Source of the DNA: Promethearchaeota archaeon
Lineage (GTDB): Archaea; Asgardarchaeota; Lokiarchaeia; Sigyniarchaeales; SOKP01
Direction of reading: 5' to 3'
Length of the DNA: 30,025 nt
Assembly: GCA_011364925.1 (NCBI GenBank)
Contig: RDOA01000046.1
Coordinates: forward strand, 1-30,025
Made by a program: the position numbers and the translations under genes. The notes under the pieces were generated by a model. The model did no database searches and was not told the origin of the DNA. It was given only the letters and a program-made list of their open reading frames with translations. This document shows positions 1 to 9,044 of this stretch, one piece after another (the first letter of the stretch is position 1; the number at the start of each line of letters is the position of its first letter).

Positions 1-114
1 GTCTTACCAAGTTGTAAGGTAAATGGAAATTCTTTCAAGGGATTTTCTCTCCCTAAAACCATTAGAGGGTTTATGAAAGTTTCAAAAGAAATGAAGAGTA
101 GAAAAAAAGGTTAA
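1..114 (+). CDS. Possible 3' end of a gene entering from the left (…VLPSCKVNGNSFKGFSLPKTIRGFMKVSKEMKSRKKG*)
   Basis: Frame +1 is open from base 1 to TAA at 112-114 with a Lys-rich tail. A minus-strand ORF starting at ATG 62 and running off the left edge is also possible, so the call is uncertain. Confidence 0.35.
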   Translation, partial: VLPSCKVNGNSFKGFSLPKTIRGFMKVSKEMKSRKKG

Positions 115-214
115 ATCATTAAAAAAAAAGATAAGGTTGGATAACAATCGCAAAAAGAGTTTTTTACAAATTATTATTTACTACTTATTTATTATAATTA
201 TATTGTTAGATTTA

Positions 215-478
215 TTAATAGCGATTTCGCCTACCGCCTCGGTTATATGAACCAAATTGAGGTGGCGCTTTTTCAGTAACAACGACATTTGAAGCTTGGG
301 GACCCTTTTGTCCATCGACAACTTCAAACTCAACCTTATCGTTTTCATTTAACGTCTTGTATTCGTCATCTCCGCCAGCTAGTGCGGTGTAATGAACAAA
401 AACATCGGTTCCTTCTTCTGAATTAATAAATCCAAAGCCTTTTCGGCTATTAAACCATTTTACTGTTCCTTTTACCAA
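215..478 (-). CDS. csp: Cold-shock domain protein with Arg/Gly-rich C-terminal tail
   Basis: [11 protein letters not shown]1 KGFGFI, RNP2 [13 protein letters not shown]. Start is either TTG 478 or TTG 490. Confidence 0.95.
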   Translation of the reverse strand: MVKGTVKWFNSRKGFGFINSEEGTDVFVHYTALAGGDDEYKTLNENDKVEFEVVDGQKGPQASNVVVTEKAPPQFGSYNRGGRRNRY

Positions 479-604
479 TTTTAAAACCAATTTTTTTAGA
501 AAATAATTCTTTTCATTACAAAGAATTAATTAAATTAACAAAGCATTGATAATATACTTTCTTCTTTTCGTTAAAAACTAAAACATATTTCTTCTTTAGA
601 AGAG

Positions 605-1438
605 TTAATCTACCCAAAAATCTTTTGCTAATCTTCTTCTAGTTGGCCACAAACCATCTTTTTCAGTGAAGCCGATGATACCTTTGCCTTGATCTGCATC
701 CTTAATTTTCCACATCCCGCTCACAGCTCCAGTTAAAGCCCCAGATAAAACTTCGAATCCTTGAGCAGAATATAAATCGCATTCTACTCCCCGGTTAATT
801 ATAAACTTCAACTGACGCATTCCTTGCTGATTTTTAGACTTAAGAACTTCTAATAAACGCTCCACTTCGTTGTCAAGTTGATCGTTGGCTACAACTCGAT
901 TCCACAAATTCCATTCCACTGCTTTTTTAGCATTGTGAAGTGCTCCGATAAGATTAATTTCTTTAGCTCTCCTTCGGCCAATCAGACGAGCCAATCGCGT
1001 AGTTCCACCCCATCCTGGAGTTATACCAACATCAACTTCTGGCATGCCCCATTTTGAACGTTCTGTAGCAATAACAAAATCGCAGGCCATTGTAATTTCT
1101 AATCCGCCTCCTACAGCATATCCATCTACTGCAGCAATCGTAATTTTATCTAACTCTTCCAACTGGTTAGCCATATTCTGGTAATACCTGACTCGTCGAG
1201 TAATATCGTTAGCGTTTCCCCACTTCATCATTTCTGTGATATCATCTCCAACGCAGAAATTAGGACCCATACCTTTTATGACAAAGAACTTCAATTTAGT
1301 AGATTCTCGCACCATTTCGATAGCAACCACGAGTTCTTCTGATAGTTTCATGCTTAGCGCGTTCATAACTTCGGGTCGATTTAAATGTATCCAAGCTGTT
1401 TCTTCAATTTCCTTATATATTAAATTTTCGAAATTCAT
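605..1438 (-). CDS. Enoyl-CoA hydratase/isomerase (crotonase) family protein
   Basis: LNRPEVMNALS, FCVGDD oxyanion loop, AVDGYAVGGGLE, MPEVDVGITPGWGG with both crotonase Glu residues. Confidence 0.92.
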   Translation of the reverse strand: MNFENLIYKEIEETAWIHLNRPEVMNALSMKLSEELVVAIEMVRESTKLKFFVIKGMGPNFCVGDDITEMMKWGNANDITRRVRYYQNMANQLEELDKITIAAVDGYAVGGGLEITMACDFVIATERSKWGMPEVDVGITPGWGGTTRLARLIGRRRAKEINLIGALHNAKKAVEWNLWNRVVANDQLDNEVERLLEVLKSKNQQGMRQLKFIINRGVECDLYSAQGFEVLSGALTGAVSGMWKIKDADQGKGIIGFTEKDGLWPTRRRLAKDFWVD

Positions 1439-1535
1439 AGTTTATTCTTAATCATTTATTAATTTTAAATATATAGAGCTAAGAACCTACTCCCTTGAAT
1501 CGTTTAGAGATCAAAAAGTAAATTGAAATTTTCTA

Positions 1536-2039
1536 TTATTTAGTTCGTTTTGCTAAAATTTTTTGTTCCAATAACCAAGATTCTCCACCATCAATGGAAC
1601 GTTCTGCTCTCCAGTTAAATGAGTGAGATGTTATTTTTGAATAAATCCATTTTTCAGGTTCATTTTTATTATTTTTTCCCTCTAAAACTATTTCTGAACC
1701 AATTTTTTTTGCAATAAAGATTTGTATGACATTAATTTTAGGTGCAATCCAAATACATTTACACGCATCAATTGATACATCATAAAATCGTATGGTGGTC
1801 CCAAAACCATTCTGAGGAAAATTTGGCGGAGGGTTTATAGCTTCTCCTTTCCAAACGTCTTGTATGGCTGTCCCAAAGAGAATCCATCCAAAAGACACTT
1901 CTCCTTTACCTTTAACTACGACATTCTCGGGAAGGTACCAAGTAGAATCAATAATCCAATTTCCAATAAATTGACTAAAGATTTTTAATTTTTCTTTTAA
2001 TTTAGGATCTGGTAAATCAGTTTCAAGTCCTTTAATCAT
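1536..2039 (-). CDS. Hypothetical beta-barrel protein (DUF1579-like)
   Basis: 167 aa ORF with SD-like AGGAG upstream. Motifs QFIGNW, FGWIL.G.AIQDVW, GTTIRFYD and SFNWRAERSIDGGESW are typical of this lipocalin-like family. Confidence 0.7.
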   Translation of the reverse strand: MIKGLETDLPDPKLKEKLKIFSQFIGNWIIDSTWYLPENVVVKGKGEVSFGWILFGTAIQDVWKGEAINPPPNFPQNGFGTTIRFYDVSIDACKCIWIAPKINVIQIFIAKKIGSEIVLEGKNNKNEPEKWIYSKITSHSFNWRAERSIDGGESWLLEQKILAKRTK

Positions 2040-2150
2040 AATAATCTCCTAAACAACACTTATCTAAAAACATATGGTATTGATTTGTATCTGCTTATTT
2101 AAATAGATTTGTTTTGAGTCATAGTCTACTCAAATATTTTACATGCGACT

Positions 2151-2166
2151 AAGATAAAATTTATAT
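2151..2166 (+). promoter_or_regulatory. Putative archaeal BRE/TATA promoter for the leader-leuS transcript
   Basis: Purine-rich AAGATAAAA followed by TTTATAT (2160-2166), ending 28 nt before ATG 2194. This fits a near-leaderless start at about 2189-2194. Confidence 0.5.
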
Positions 2167-2193
2167 CATTGAAGGTATTTCATAATATTGATA

Positions 2194-2289
2194 ATGTTTT
2201 CGAAGATTAATACTTCAATTAGCTTGGATAGAAAATTTTTACTAAGAAAAGTATTACTTCGTGAATTATTACAGTTATTATCATTATAA
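2194..2289 (+). CDS. Putative Leu-rich leader peptide of leuS (MFSKINTSISLDRKFLLRKVLLRELLQLLSL*)
   Basis: Read manually: ATG 2194 to TAA 2287-2289. 10 of 31 codons are Leu, 9 of them in the last 16, arranged as tandem pairs. Ends 120 nt upstream of leuS on the same strand. Confidence 0.65.
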   Translation: MFSKINTSISLDRKFLLRKVLLRELLQLLSL

Positions 2290-2370
2290 GCGATACAAAT
2301 CCGCTTGACCTTTTTCTTTTAAACTTTTAACGGATTTGTTTGCTGTGAGCGTAAAATTTAATTGAAAAAG
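2288..2370 (+). promoter_or_regulatory. Putative attenuator RNA structure with U-rich terminator tract
   Basis: ACAAATCCG (2295-2303) pairs perfectly with CGGATTTGT (2331-2339). A competing stem is AAGCG (2288-2292)/CGCTT (2302-2306). TTTTTCTTTT lies at 2311-2320, and CTTTTTC (2310-2316) is complementary to GAAAAAG (2364-2370). Confidence 0.5.
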
Positions 2371-2409
2371 ACTACCGAGCGTTTTTGTTCTAACTAAAAA
2401 AGAATAAAG

Positions 2410-5310
2410 TTGTCAAAAATTATGTACGACCCACAACGAATTGAACGAAAGTGGCAAGATAAATGGGAACAGGCCAGAATATTTGAAGCTAATCCAATTT
2501 CTGACAGAGAAAAAGTATTCATTACTTCTCCTTATCCCTATGCATCTGGACCGGCACACATCGGTCATGGACGGAGTTTCGTAAATGGCGATGTTTTTGC
2601 TAGGTATTACCGAGCTAAAGGATACAATGTGTTATATCCTATGGCTTTCCACATTACAGGGACACCTGTATTAGCGATATCCTCATCCATTGAGAGAGGA
2701 GAAGAAAATATGATTGCGAGGATGATTGAATATGTTTCGCTACATACCCATGAGGAAAAAAAGGTGAAAGAGATTGTTGAGAGTTTTGTGGAACCTTGGA
2801 ATGTAGTAAATTACTTTTCGAGCACTTATAAAAGTGATTTTAAATCGATTGGAATGAGCTTAGACTGGAGGAGAGAGTTCACAACCGGAGATAAACTTTA
2901 TAATAAATTGATTGAGTGGCAATTCCACAAGTTATACGATAAAGGCTATTTGGAAAAAGGAGAATACCCAATTTTATATTGCCCTCGAGATGGAAACGCT
3001 GTAGGTGAAGATGACATCTCAAGAGGAGACGAATTAAATTTGGATATAAACGAGTACACATGCATAAAATTTCCGTTTGGAGATGGCTATTTAGTTCCTG
3101 CTACATTAAGACCAGAAACTATTTATGGTGCCACCAATCTGTGGATAAATCCTTCGGGGATATATGTAGATGCCAATGTGAACGAAGAGAAGTGGATTAT
3201 CTCTGAAGAGGCAATCCATCTACTAGTTAATCAAAATAAACTTGTAAGGGTTTTGAGGAAATTTAAAGGATCAGAATTAATCGGAAAGAAAGTTAAGGAA
3301 TTGTTTGGAGATCGCGAACTGTTAATCCTTCCAGGAGAATTCGTTGATACTTCAGTAGCTACTGGAGTTGTCTATTCAGTTCCCGCACACGCTCCTTATG
3401 ACTATATCGCTTTGGTTGATTTGCAAAAGGATAAGGATATGCAAGAGAAATTTAAATTAGATAAAGAAGAAATCGAGGGAATCAAGCCCATTCAAATAAT
3501 TGATTTACCTGGTTTCGAAGACTTTCCAGCTAAAATATATTGCGAGAGGTTTAAAGTCGAATCTCAAGAAGATTTTGAGAAACTAGATAATGCCACTGCT
3601 GAGAATTATAAGAATGAATTCTATAACGGAGTTTTAAACGATAAGTGTGCAGATTATGAATCTTTAAAAGTTAGCGATGCCGTCGTCAAAGTTGTTGAAG
3701 AATTAATCGAGAATGGTAAGGCAGACAAATTATATCTTCCCATTACGAAGGACCTCAAATGTAAATGTGGTGAACGCATAATTGTATCAATTTTAAAAGA
3801 TCAATGGTTTCTTAATTATACTGCAGGGAATTGGAAAGAAAAAGCTTTTGAGTGTTTAAATAGCATGGATATCGTGCCTAAAAAGTACCGAATGAACTTT
3901 GAGCACATTTTTAATTGGTTAGAAAAAAGGCCATGTGCCAGAAAGAGGGGATTAGGCACTAAGCTTCCGTTTGATAAAGATTGGATAATTGAATCCCTTA
4001 GTGACTCTACAATATATATGAGCTTCTATACCATAATTCACATATTGAAGGAGAATGGAATTCAGCCCGACCAACTCGTTATTGAATTTTTTGATTATGT
4101 CTATTTAGATATAGGAGATATTCAGGAAGTGTCTAAAAAGACAAAAATTAATGTGGGATTGTTAAAACAAATGCAAAAGGAATTTTTCTATTGGTATCCC
4201 GTTGATCATAGGCACACCGCTATCATGCATATCTCAAATCATTTAAGTTTCTACATTTTTCACCATGTAGCAATATTTCCAAGAAAGCATTGGCCAAAAA
4301 TCATTTCCCTCATAGAGCCAGTAATAATTGAAGGTCAAAAAATGGGTAAATCGATCGGAAATGTGATAGCATTAGCGGACATTCAGCAAAATTATTCAGC
4401 AGATTTATTTCGATTCTACATCTCTCACAGTGCTGACTTTGGTATTATGGTAGATTGGAGAGAAAAGCAAATTCAAACAGTTAAGAACCATATTATGAGA
4501 TTCTACAATTTTTTCGTGGAAAATGTCATTGCTATTAAGGAAGTTGAAGGAGACATTGCACACATAAACTCTAAATATTCTAAAATCGTCCTATCCAAAT
4601 GCATCAATAAATTCATTGAAGCAGAAAAAGGTCTAGAGGAATTAAATCTAAGAAAATACCTTCAGTTATCTTTTTACGAAGTTTTCAATTTGCTTCAAGA
4701 GTATAGTAAGCACACAGATAACGAACGCGATAAGTTAGAGGTATATAAAATTGTATTTCCAGAATGGATAAAGATTCTATCCATCACAATGCCGCACTTA
4801 TGCGAAGAGCTTTGGGAAAAACTGGGTAAGGATAACTTCATATCAACAGAGGTTTGGACTGATTTTAACATCGACTATACTAACATTAAACTTGAACGAG
4901 AGTTCGATTATGTTTCGGATGTAGTAGATGATATAATGAATATTTTAAAAATCGTGAAATCTAGCAGCCCAGAAAACATATATTTATATACAGCACCAAA
5001 ATGGAAGCAGGATGTGTACGAGATAATAAACTCTAAAAAAGGAGATTTCAAGGAAATAATGGAACAGTGTAAATTTAGCAACGATTTAATGAAAAATAAA
5101 AATTTAATCTCGTACATCAAAAGTCAAATCAAAGAAAGAGTTTGGGAAAAAGAATCAAATTCGTTGAAAGAAGAGCTTATACTAGAGGAATACAGAAGTT
5201 ATATCGAAAAAAGAATTATGGCTAAAATCCACATTAATTCAGAATATGATCCGAAAAACCGACTAGCTAAAGCGGTTCCGTTCAAACCAGCGATATATAT
5301 AGATCTTTGA
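2410..5310 (+). CDS. leuS: Leucine--tRNA ligase (archaeal/eukaryotic type)
   Basis: PYPYASGPAHIGH (HIGH), DWRREFTT, CP1 editing motifs ATLRPET and SVPAHAPYD, WIIESLSDSTIYM, KMGKS, C-terminal A.PFKPAIY. Start is TTG 2410 or ATG 2422. Confidence 0.97.
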   Translation: MSKIMYDPQRIERKWQDKWEQARIFEANPISDREKVFITSPYPYASGPAHIGHGRSFVNGDVFARYYRAKGYNVLYPMAFHITGTPVLAISSSIERGEENMIARMIEYVSLHTHEEKKVKEIVESFVEPWNVVNYFSSTYKSDFKSIGMSLDWRREFTTGDKLYNKLIEWQFHKLYDKGYLEKGEYPILYCPRDGNAVGEDDISRGDELNLDINEYTCIKFPFGDGYLVPATLRPETIYGATNLWINPSGIYVDANVNEEKWIISEEAIHLLVNQNKLVRVLRKFKGSELIGKKVKELFGDRELLILPGEFVDTSVATGVVYSVPAHAPYDYIALVDLQKDKDMQEKFKLDKEEIEGIKPIQIIDLPGFEDFPAKIYCERFKVESQEDFEKLDNATAENYKNEFYNGVLNDKCADYESLKVSDAVVKVVEELIENGKADKLYLPITKDLKCKCGERIIVSILKDQWFLNYTAGNWKEKAFECLNSMDIVPKKYRMNFEHIFNWLEKRPCARKRGLGTKLPFDKDWIIESLSDSTIYMSFYTIIHILKENGIQPDQLVIEFFDYVYLDIGDIQEVSKKTKINVGLLKQMQKEFFYWYPVDHRHTAIMHISNHLSFYIFHHVAIFPRKHWPKIISLIEPVIIEGQKMGKSIGNVIALADIQQNYSADLFRFYISHSADFGIMVDWREKQIQTVKNHIMRFYNFFVENVIAIKEVEGDIAHINSKYSKIVLSKCINKFIEAEKGLEELNLRKYLQLSFYEVFNLLQEYSKHTDNERDKLEVYKIVFPEWIKILSITMPHLCEELWEKLGKDNFISTEVWTDFNIDYTNIKLEREFDYVSDVVDDIMNILKIVKSSSPENIYLYTAPKWKQDVYEIINSKKGDFKEIMEQCKFSNDLMKNKNLISYIKSQIKERVWEKESNSLKEELILEEYRSYIEKRIMAKIHINSEYDPKNRLAKAVPFKPAIYIDL

Positions 5311-5322
5311 TTTGTAAAAACT

Positions 5323-6228
5323 TTATTTGTCCAATCCATATACTTGCTTTGGGGTAAGATATTGGGGGTATTTATCGATGAGTGATAACCGCGCCTTATA
5401 ACACATATGACATTCGTCCACATAGGCGTCCTCGTGCGCAATACCGTAATCATTTACTAATTGAACAGGACCTCCTCGATAGAGCGGATCGCATATTGGA
5501 TGGTTTTCTGGATCGTAATTTTTCACTAATTCAGAAAGCGGGGTTTCCCAAAAATTACCTATACTTAAACCTTGGCAGATATGAGCGTTTCCAAAAGGAT
5601 CAACGTGGATTCTTCCCAATCCTTTTAAATCTTCGTACGGACACTCTTTTAATTCAACCCACTTCCTTCGAGGTAAACCTTCGATGATTTTGTCGACAGC
5701 CCTTCCTCTAAACGTAACACCTCCCCCAATAACTGGTTTGCCTTTCTCGTATTCAGTATCAAATCTCATTTCTACCTGCGGTTCATTGATACTAATTGAG
5801 GAGGTTGGAAGATTTAATTTTTCTGCCGCATTTTTTGCTATTTTAGACAAGTTGTTATCTTTATTTTCAAAATGAAATTCATCATTACTCACAGTGAAAT
5901 CTTTAACTCCTAAGTTTGTAAGAGCATTTAGCCATAACTCTGCATCTTCAGAACAAGTCGCCCAATAAGAATTTGTAACTATTCCGATCTTAAATCCCTT
6001 TTCATGCGCAAGTTTAACTCCTTCAACCATTATAGGATAAAACAGAAAGGGTTCTCCACCTTCGAAATATATCCATTCTATTGTACCAATTTTAACTGCT
6101 TCTTCAAGAACTGTCCGAATTTGCTCCAAAGTAAAAGTGCCTTTAGAATTTGGTCCACAATACAAAAAACAATGATCACATTCAAAATTACACATATAAG
6201 TTAGAAGGAAATGTATAGCAGTTAACAT
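5323..6228 (-). CDS. Radical SAM protein with Cys-containing C-terminal (SPASM/twitch-like) extension
   Basis: CNFECDHC (CxxxCxxC), EGGEPFL, VTN, plus later Cys in CPYE, HICQG and ECHMC. Confidence 0.9.
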   Translation of the reverse strand: MLTAIHFLLTYMCNFECDHCFLYCGPNSKGTFTLEQIRTVLEEAVKIGTIEWIYFEGGEPFLFYPIMVEGVKLAHEKGFKIGIVTNSYWATCSEDAELWLNALTNLGVKDFTVSNDEFHFENKDNNLSKIAKNAAEKLNLPTSSISINEPQVEMRFDTEYEKGKPVIGGGVTFRGRAVDKIIEGLPRRKWVELKECPYEDLKGLGRIHVDPFGNAHICQGLSIGNFWETPLSELVKNYDPENHPICDPLYRGGPVQLVNDYGIAHEDAYVDECHMCYKARLSLIDKYPQYLTPKQVYGLDK

Positions 6229-6337
6229 ACTATTTTCACACTAATCAATATTATGAATAGATATGCAAATCTCCAAAATAAAATTAATTAATAAAAATTA
6301 ATTAAATTCTATAAAATTTCTTAGAATGTGAATAATT

Positions 6338-7684
6338 ATGACAAGTCCCGTAAATATGTATGAAAAATATTTCAAAGACCCACAAAGGGAGCCGGTAATG
6401 GTTGATTATGTCCGAACACCTATAGGTCGTAGAAAAGGAACTGTAGGGAGACATAGAGGAGATGATTTGGTTGTGCATTGCTTTCAAACTATAGCAAATA
6501 GAAATGAATTCGATTTAAGCTTAATTGGCGATTCAATTATTTCCTGTAACAGTCAAATTGGAGATTGCGCGTTAGATATTGGAAGAACTTCTGCTTTGGC
6601 AGCTCATTTTCCAGTGAGCATACCTGGAATGACAATAAATCGCCAATGCGCCAGTGGTGCTCAATCTGTGATGTCGGCTTGGCAAGCAATTGCTTCAGGA
6701 ATACACGATGCTGTCATTTGCGGAGGTGTTGAGGTACAAAATCGCTATCCAATTATGTCCGATTCGTATGTTTTTGATACAGAGCAAAATAAACCTGTAA
6801 TGGTCGCTCCAAATAAAAAAATATTGACTAATCCTGAAGTAGCTGCTAAATTAAAAGAATATAAAACTTCGTTCGCGGGTCAGATTAACTCTGCACACGA
6901 TCTTGGTCTACATTGGATGAATAAATCAGGTAAAACATTAGAGGAATTTAGACTCGAGGTAGATAGTCTTTCCTTTGCGTCTCACCAAAAAGCAATTAAT
7001 ACTTGGGATGAAAGAGCCAGAGAAATTGAACCGATTTGGTGTCCTAAGCTTGGTGACGATGGGAATCCAATGTTAGATGAAAATAACGAAGTTGCAAAAG
7101 ATTCTCGCTTGTCAGTTCTTACTGAAAGAGACGAAGCGCCTCGACCTGATACAACTATGGAGAAGTTAGCGAGTCTAAGAACGATAATTGGGAGAAAAAG
7201 TAAAGCATTCTTAACTGCGGGGAACAGCTGTCCAACTAGTGATGGAGCTGCTGTACAACTCTGGATGACGCGAAAGCTAGCCGAAGAATTGGGATTAAAA
7301 ATCAGAGCCTCTATTGTAAGTTATGTGGTAGTTGGGACCGATCCAATTTTACAACTAACAGGACCCATTAAGGCAATGCCACTAGCACTAGAAAGAGCAA
7401 ATATGACTTTTGATGATATGAGTTTTATTGAAGTTAACGAAGCGTTTAGTTCAGTTATATTTGCGTGTTGTTTCGAACTTGGAATAGACTGGAAGGATCC
7501 ACGGTTCAATCCTTGGGGTGGTGCAATTGCGCTAGGGCATCCAACAGGGGCTACAGGAACACGATTGATAGGAACAAATGTCCACCAACTTGAACAATCT
7601 GGCAAAGAGTTCGCTATAAGTTCTATGTGTGTCGGTTTAGGAATGGGAGCAGCTACTATTGTGAGAAATGAACATCCTAAATAA
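6338..7684 (+). CDS. Acetyl-CoA C-acyltransferase (thiolase) with intact catalytic residues
   Basis: VRTPIG, NRQCASG (nucleophilic Cys), NEAF, GHPTGATG, MCVGLGMG. Confidence 0.95.
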   Translation: MTSPVNMYEKYFKDPQREPVMVDYVRTPIGRRKGTVGRHRGDDLVVHCFQTIANRNEFDLSLIGDSIISCNSQIGDCALDIGRTSALAAHFPVSIPGMTINRQCASGAQSVMSAWQAIASGIHDAVICGGVEVQNRYPIMSDSYVFDTEQNKPVMVAPNKKILTNPEVAAKLKEYKTSFAGQINSAHDLGLHWMNKSGKTLEEFRLEVDSLSFASHQKAINTWDERAREIEPIWCPKLGDDGNPMLDENNEVAKDSRLSVLTERDEAPRPDTTMEKLASLRTIIGRKSKAFLTAGNSCPTSDGAAVQLWMTRKLAEELGLKIRASIVSYVVVGTDPILQLTGPIKAMPLALERANMTFDDMSFIEVNEAFSSVIFACCFELGIDWKDPRFNPWGGAIALGHPTGATGTRLIGTNVHQLEQSGKEFAISSMCVGLGMGAATIVRNEHPK

Positions 7685-7750
7685 TGAAAGCAAAATAATG
7701 AGCGAAGTTTATAGTATAAAATTATACTACTTTTTTTTATTGTCCCTATT

Positions 7751-8956
7751 TTACCTCGAAGCATTAAGTTGATCGACAACTTTTTCAATCCTATGCATAG
7801 CTAATTCGAGAATTGATTTTGGGCACGCAACATTAATTCTTTGAAATCCCTCTCCGCCCAATCCAAACAAAGAACCATCATCAAGCGCAACATTTGCTTT
7901 GTTTAGAATAAGGTCTTTTAGTTCTTCATCATTCAAACCTAAAGAATTAAAATCCAGCCAAGCAAGGTAAGTTCCTTCCGGTTCAATAAATTTGATATCA
8001 GAAAGGTTTATTTCAATAAACTCTTTTAAAGATTGGAAATTTAAGCCAATATATCTTAAAACTTGTTCCAACCAATCTTCTCCATCGTTATACGCGGCGA
8101 TCATAGCTACTAATCCGAAAGGGTTTGGGATTCCTAATCCATTTTTATTTACGATAGTATTAATAAACGATTGGCGCATTTTCTTGTTAGGTATGATGAC
8201 GTTCGACACTTGTAAACCAGCAAGATTAAACGTTTTACTTGGCGCTGTGCAGATTATAGAGTTTTGTTCAAATTCTTTGGATATTGTTGAATATACAGTG
8301 TGTTTATTTCCTGGAAGTATAAGGTCGTGGTGAATCTCGTCTGCTATCATCAATACATTGTGCTCTAAACAAATATCTCCGAGTTTCTTAAGCTCCTCTT
8401 TAGTCCAGACTCTCCCCACGGGATTATGGGGACTACACAGAATAAATATTTTGGTCAGAGAATCTTTTGCTTTTTCTTCAAAGTCCTCGTAATCAAATGT
8501 ATATCTATGATTCTCGTATCGTAATTGGTTTTGTAGAAGCTGTCTTCCGTTTTCCTTAACTGCACTAAAAAAGGGATAATACACAGGAGGTTGAACTATG
8601 ACTTTATCTCCTACGTTTGAGAATGTTTGAATCATCATGTTAATAGCGGGAACTATCCCAGGACTATATACAACCCAATCACGATCAACTTTCCATTTAT
8701 GTCTTCGATGCATCCACCCAGTCACCGCATCTAAGTATTTAGGAGTAATGTGCCAGTTATATCCGTAAACGCACCCATCTGCTTCTTTTTTAATTGCATC
8801 GACCACGGGCTTTGGGCATTCAAAGTCCATGTCTGCCACCCAGAGTGGCAAAAGATCGTCGTCTTCTTTATTAAAAAATTTCTGGATTGCTATTTTACTC
8901 CATTTAAGAGAAAAGGAATCTTTACGATCAATTACTCTATCAAAATCGTATATCAT
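7751..8956 (-). CDS. patB: PatB/MalY family PLP-dependent C-S lyase / class I-II aminotransferase
   Basis: LPLWVADMDF, LCSPHNPVGRVW, DEIH, APSKTFNLAGL (PLP Lys), PEGTYLAWLD, RINVACP. Confidence 0.9.
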   Translation of the reverse strand: MIYDFDRVIDRKDSFSLKWSKIAIQKFFNKEDDDLLPLWVADMDFECPKPVVDAIKKEADGCVYGYNWHITPKYLDAVTGWMHRRHKWKVDRDWVVYSPGIVPAINMMIQTFSNVGDKVIVQPPVYYPFFSAVKENGRQLLQNQLRYENHRYTFDYEDFEEKAKDSLTKIFILCSPHNPVGRVWTKEELKKLGDICLEHNVLMIADEIHHDLILPGNKHTVYSTISKEFEQNSIICTAPSKTFNLAGLQVSNVIIPNKKMRQSFINTIVNKNGLGIPNPFGLVAMIAAYNDGEDWLEQVLRYIGLNFQSLKEFIEINLSDIKFIEPEGTYLAWLDFNSLGLNDEELKDLILNKANVALDDGSLFGLGGEGFQRINVACPKSILELAMHRIEKVVDQLNASR

Positions 8957-9044
8957 TTTAAATAACTTTACTATAAAAATTCGTATATTATTTAATATGT
9001 AGGAGTAAATTTCAATATATTAGGATCAATGTGAAAAGCTATTC

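Noticed and set aside
2261-2308. Tyr-rich mini-ORF (GTG AAT TAT TAC AGT TAT TAT CAT TAT…) overlapping the leader
   Set aside because: It is the +1 frame shadow of the TTA-rich Leu codons, has no promoter-proximal start and has no link to leuS.
2190-2409. T-box riboswitch upstream of leuS
   Set aside because: No recognisable T-box consensus (GGTGGNACCGCG) or stem I. The leader ORF explains the region better.
4339-4353. LeuRS signature KMGKS instead of KMSKS
   Set aside because: A tolerated class I variant with the catalytic Lys retained, so no sign of inactivation.
7321-7788. This and other antisense or out-of-frame ORFs inside long genes (e.g. 5382-5687, 7992-8333, 9439-9765, 12053-12421, 22461-22790)
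   Set aside because: They overlap well-supported genes and show no motifs of their own.
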